DNA of 63,367 bases, filler included, from Basidiobolus meristosporus CBS 931.73 (taxonomy: Eukaryota > Fungi > Basidiobolomycota), in NCBI GenBank assembly GCA_002104905.1. It is 3 parts of 3 records of this genome, joined end to end, with 100 filler letters (N's around TTAATTAATTAA, not from the genome) between each part and the next. Parts side by side here need not be neighbours in the genome. Positions count along the whole stretch, not along the records: positions 54,062 to 63,367 come from MCFE01001327.1; 2 more parts are not named here. One strand, written 5' to 3'. The number at the start of each line of letters is the position of its first letter. Position 1 is the first letter of the stretch. Below are positions 63,004 to 63,367 of the stretch, one piece after another. The notes beneath the pieces are model-generated. The model had not been told where the DNA came from, did no database searches, and saw only the letters and a program-made list of their open reading frames with translations. Position numbers and translations under genes: made by a program.

Positions 63004-63168
63004 ATCCAGAGTTTCAGCTTCAAATTTCAATTTTTGAGATTTCTGGGTGATTTTTGATGGGCGGGATCAAAATTAGGGTTAGGGTTGCGCGCTGTGACTG
63101 CTTTTTACGATCGCAAGGTCAGAACCTAGGAAAAAATAAAATAGTTAGTAAGGTGATTTAATGGATGG

Positions 63169-63367
63169 TTAGGGTTAGGGTTAGGGTTAGGGTTAGGGTT
63201 AGGGTTAGGGTTAGGGTTAGGGTTAGGGTTAGGGTTAGGGTTAGGGTTAGGGTTAGGGTTAGGGTTAGGGTTAGGGTTAGGGTTAGGGTTAGGGTTAGGG
63301 TTAGGGTTAGGGTTAGGGTTAGGGTTAGGGTTAGGGTTAGGGTTAGGGTTAGGGTTAGGTTAGGTTA
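63169..63367 (+). repeat. Telomeric (TTAGGG)n tract
   Basis: 31 perfect TTAGGG units (63169-63354), then TTAGGTTAGGTTA at the sequence end. The G-rich strand points outward. Confidence 0.98.

Larger units (their letters stand above)
58659..63166 (-). mobile_element. Full-length telomere-abutting non-LTR (LINE-type, APE-RT) retrotransposon; 5' end at 63072 or 63166
   Basis: Open ORF1 and ORF2. 3' junction GGGTTA-G7-AGACAG. The 5' side runs into TTAGGG repeats. Confidence 0.92.

Noticed and set aside
63355-63367. Switch from TTAGGG to TTAGG at the very end
   Set aside because: Only two units at the sequence terminus, where consensus quality is typically lowest. Not enough to claim a variant telomere.

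Overview
This looks like the right-hand end of a eukaryotic chromosome, most likely fungal (inferred from 60-83 nt GT-AG introns, fungal-type P1/Elp6 proteins and TTAGGG repeats). It ends in about 31 perfect TTAGGG repeats with the G-strand running toward the end. Two artificial 100-nt N/TTAATTAATTAA linkers (28473-28572, 53962-54061) split it into three pieces whose true adjacency is unproven. The only host genes form a CpG-rich island of about 9 kb: a ~2078-aa F-box/LRR protein with ~34 acidic F-x-Y motifs, the 60S acidic ribosomal protein P1 gene (absent from the ORF track because of an intron) and ELP6. The rest is nested, mostly CpG-depleted transposon sequence. It includes many copies of one Ty1/copia family (~347-bp LTRs, internal tRNAi-Met primer site), five copies of a ~1.07-kb Ty3/gypsy LTR that appears to insert at CpG-centred 4-bp sites, two copies of a two-gene PIF/Harbinger-type DNA transposon, and a CpG-rich ~2.4-kb tandem duplication. 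The strongest candidate for an undescribed system is next to the telomere: a head-to-tail pair of an APE-RT non-LTR retrotransposon. Both copies are joined to TTAGGG seeds through a G-run instead of a poly(A) tail, with 5' ends facing the chromosome tip. In the intact copy, ORF1 and an AUG-less ORF2 are in frame, separated only by TGA-CTA plus a downstream hairpin (a stop-codon readthrough signature), and I found no CpG across ~4.3 kb of open coding sequence. All counts and alignments were done by eye and no database searches were run.
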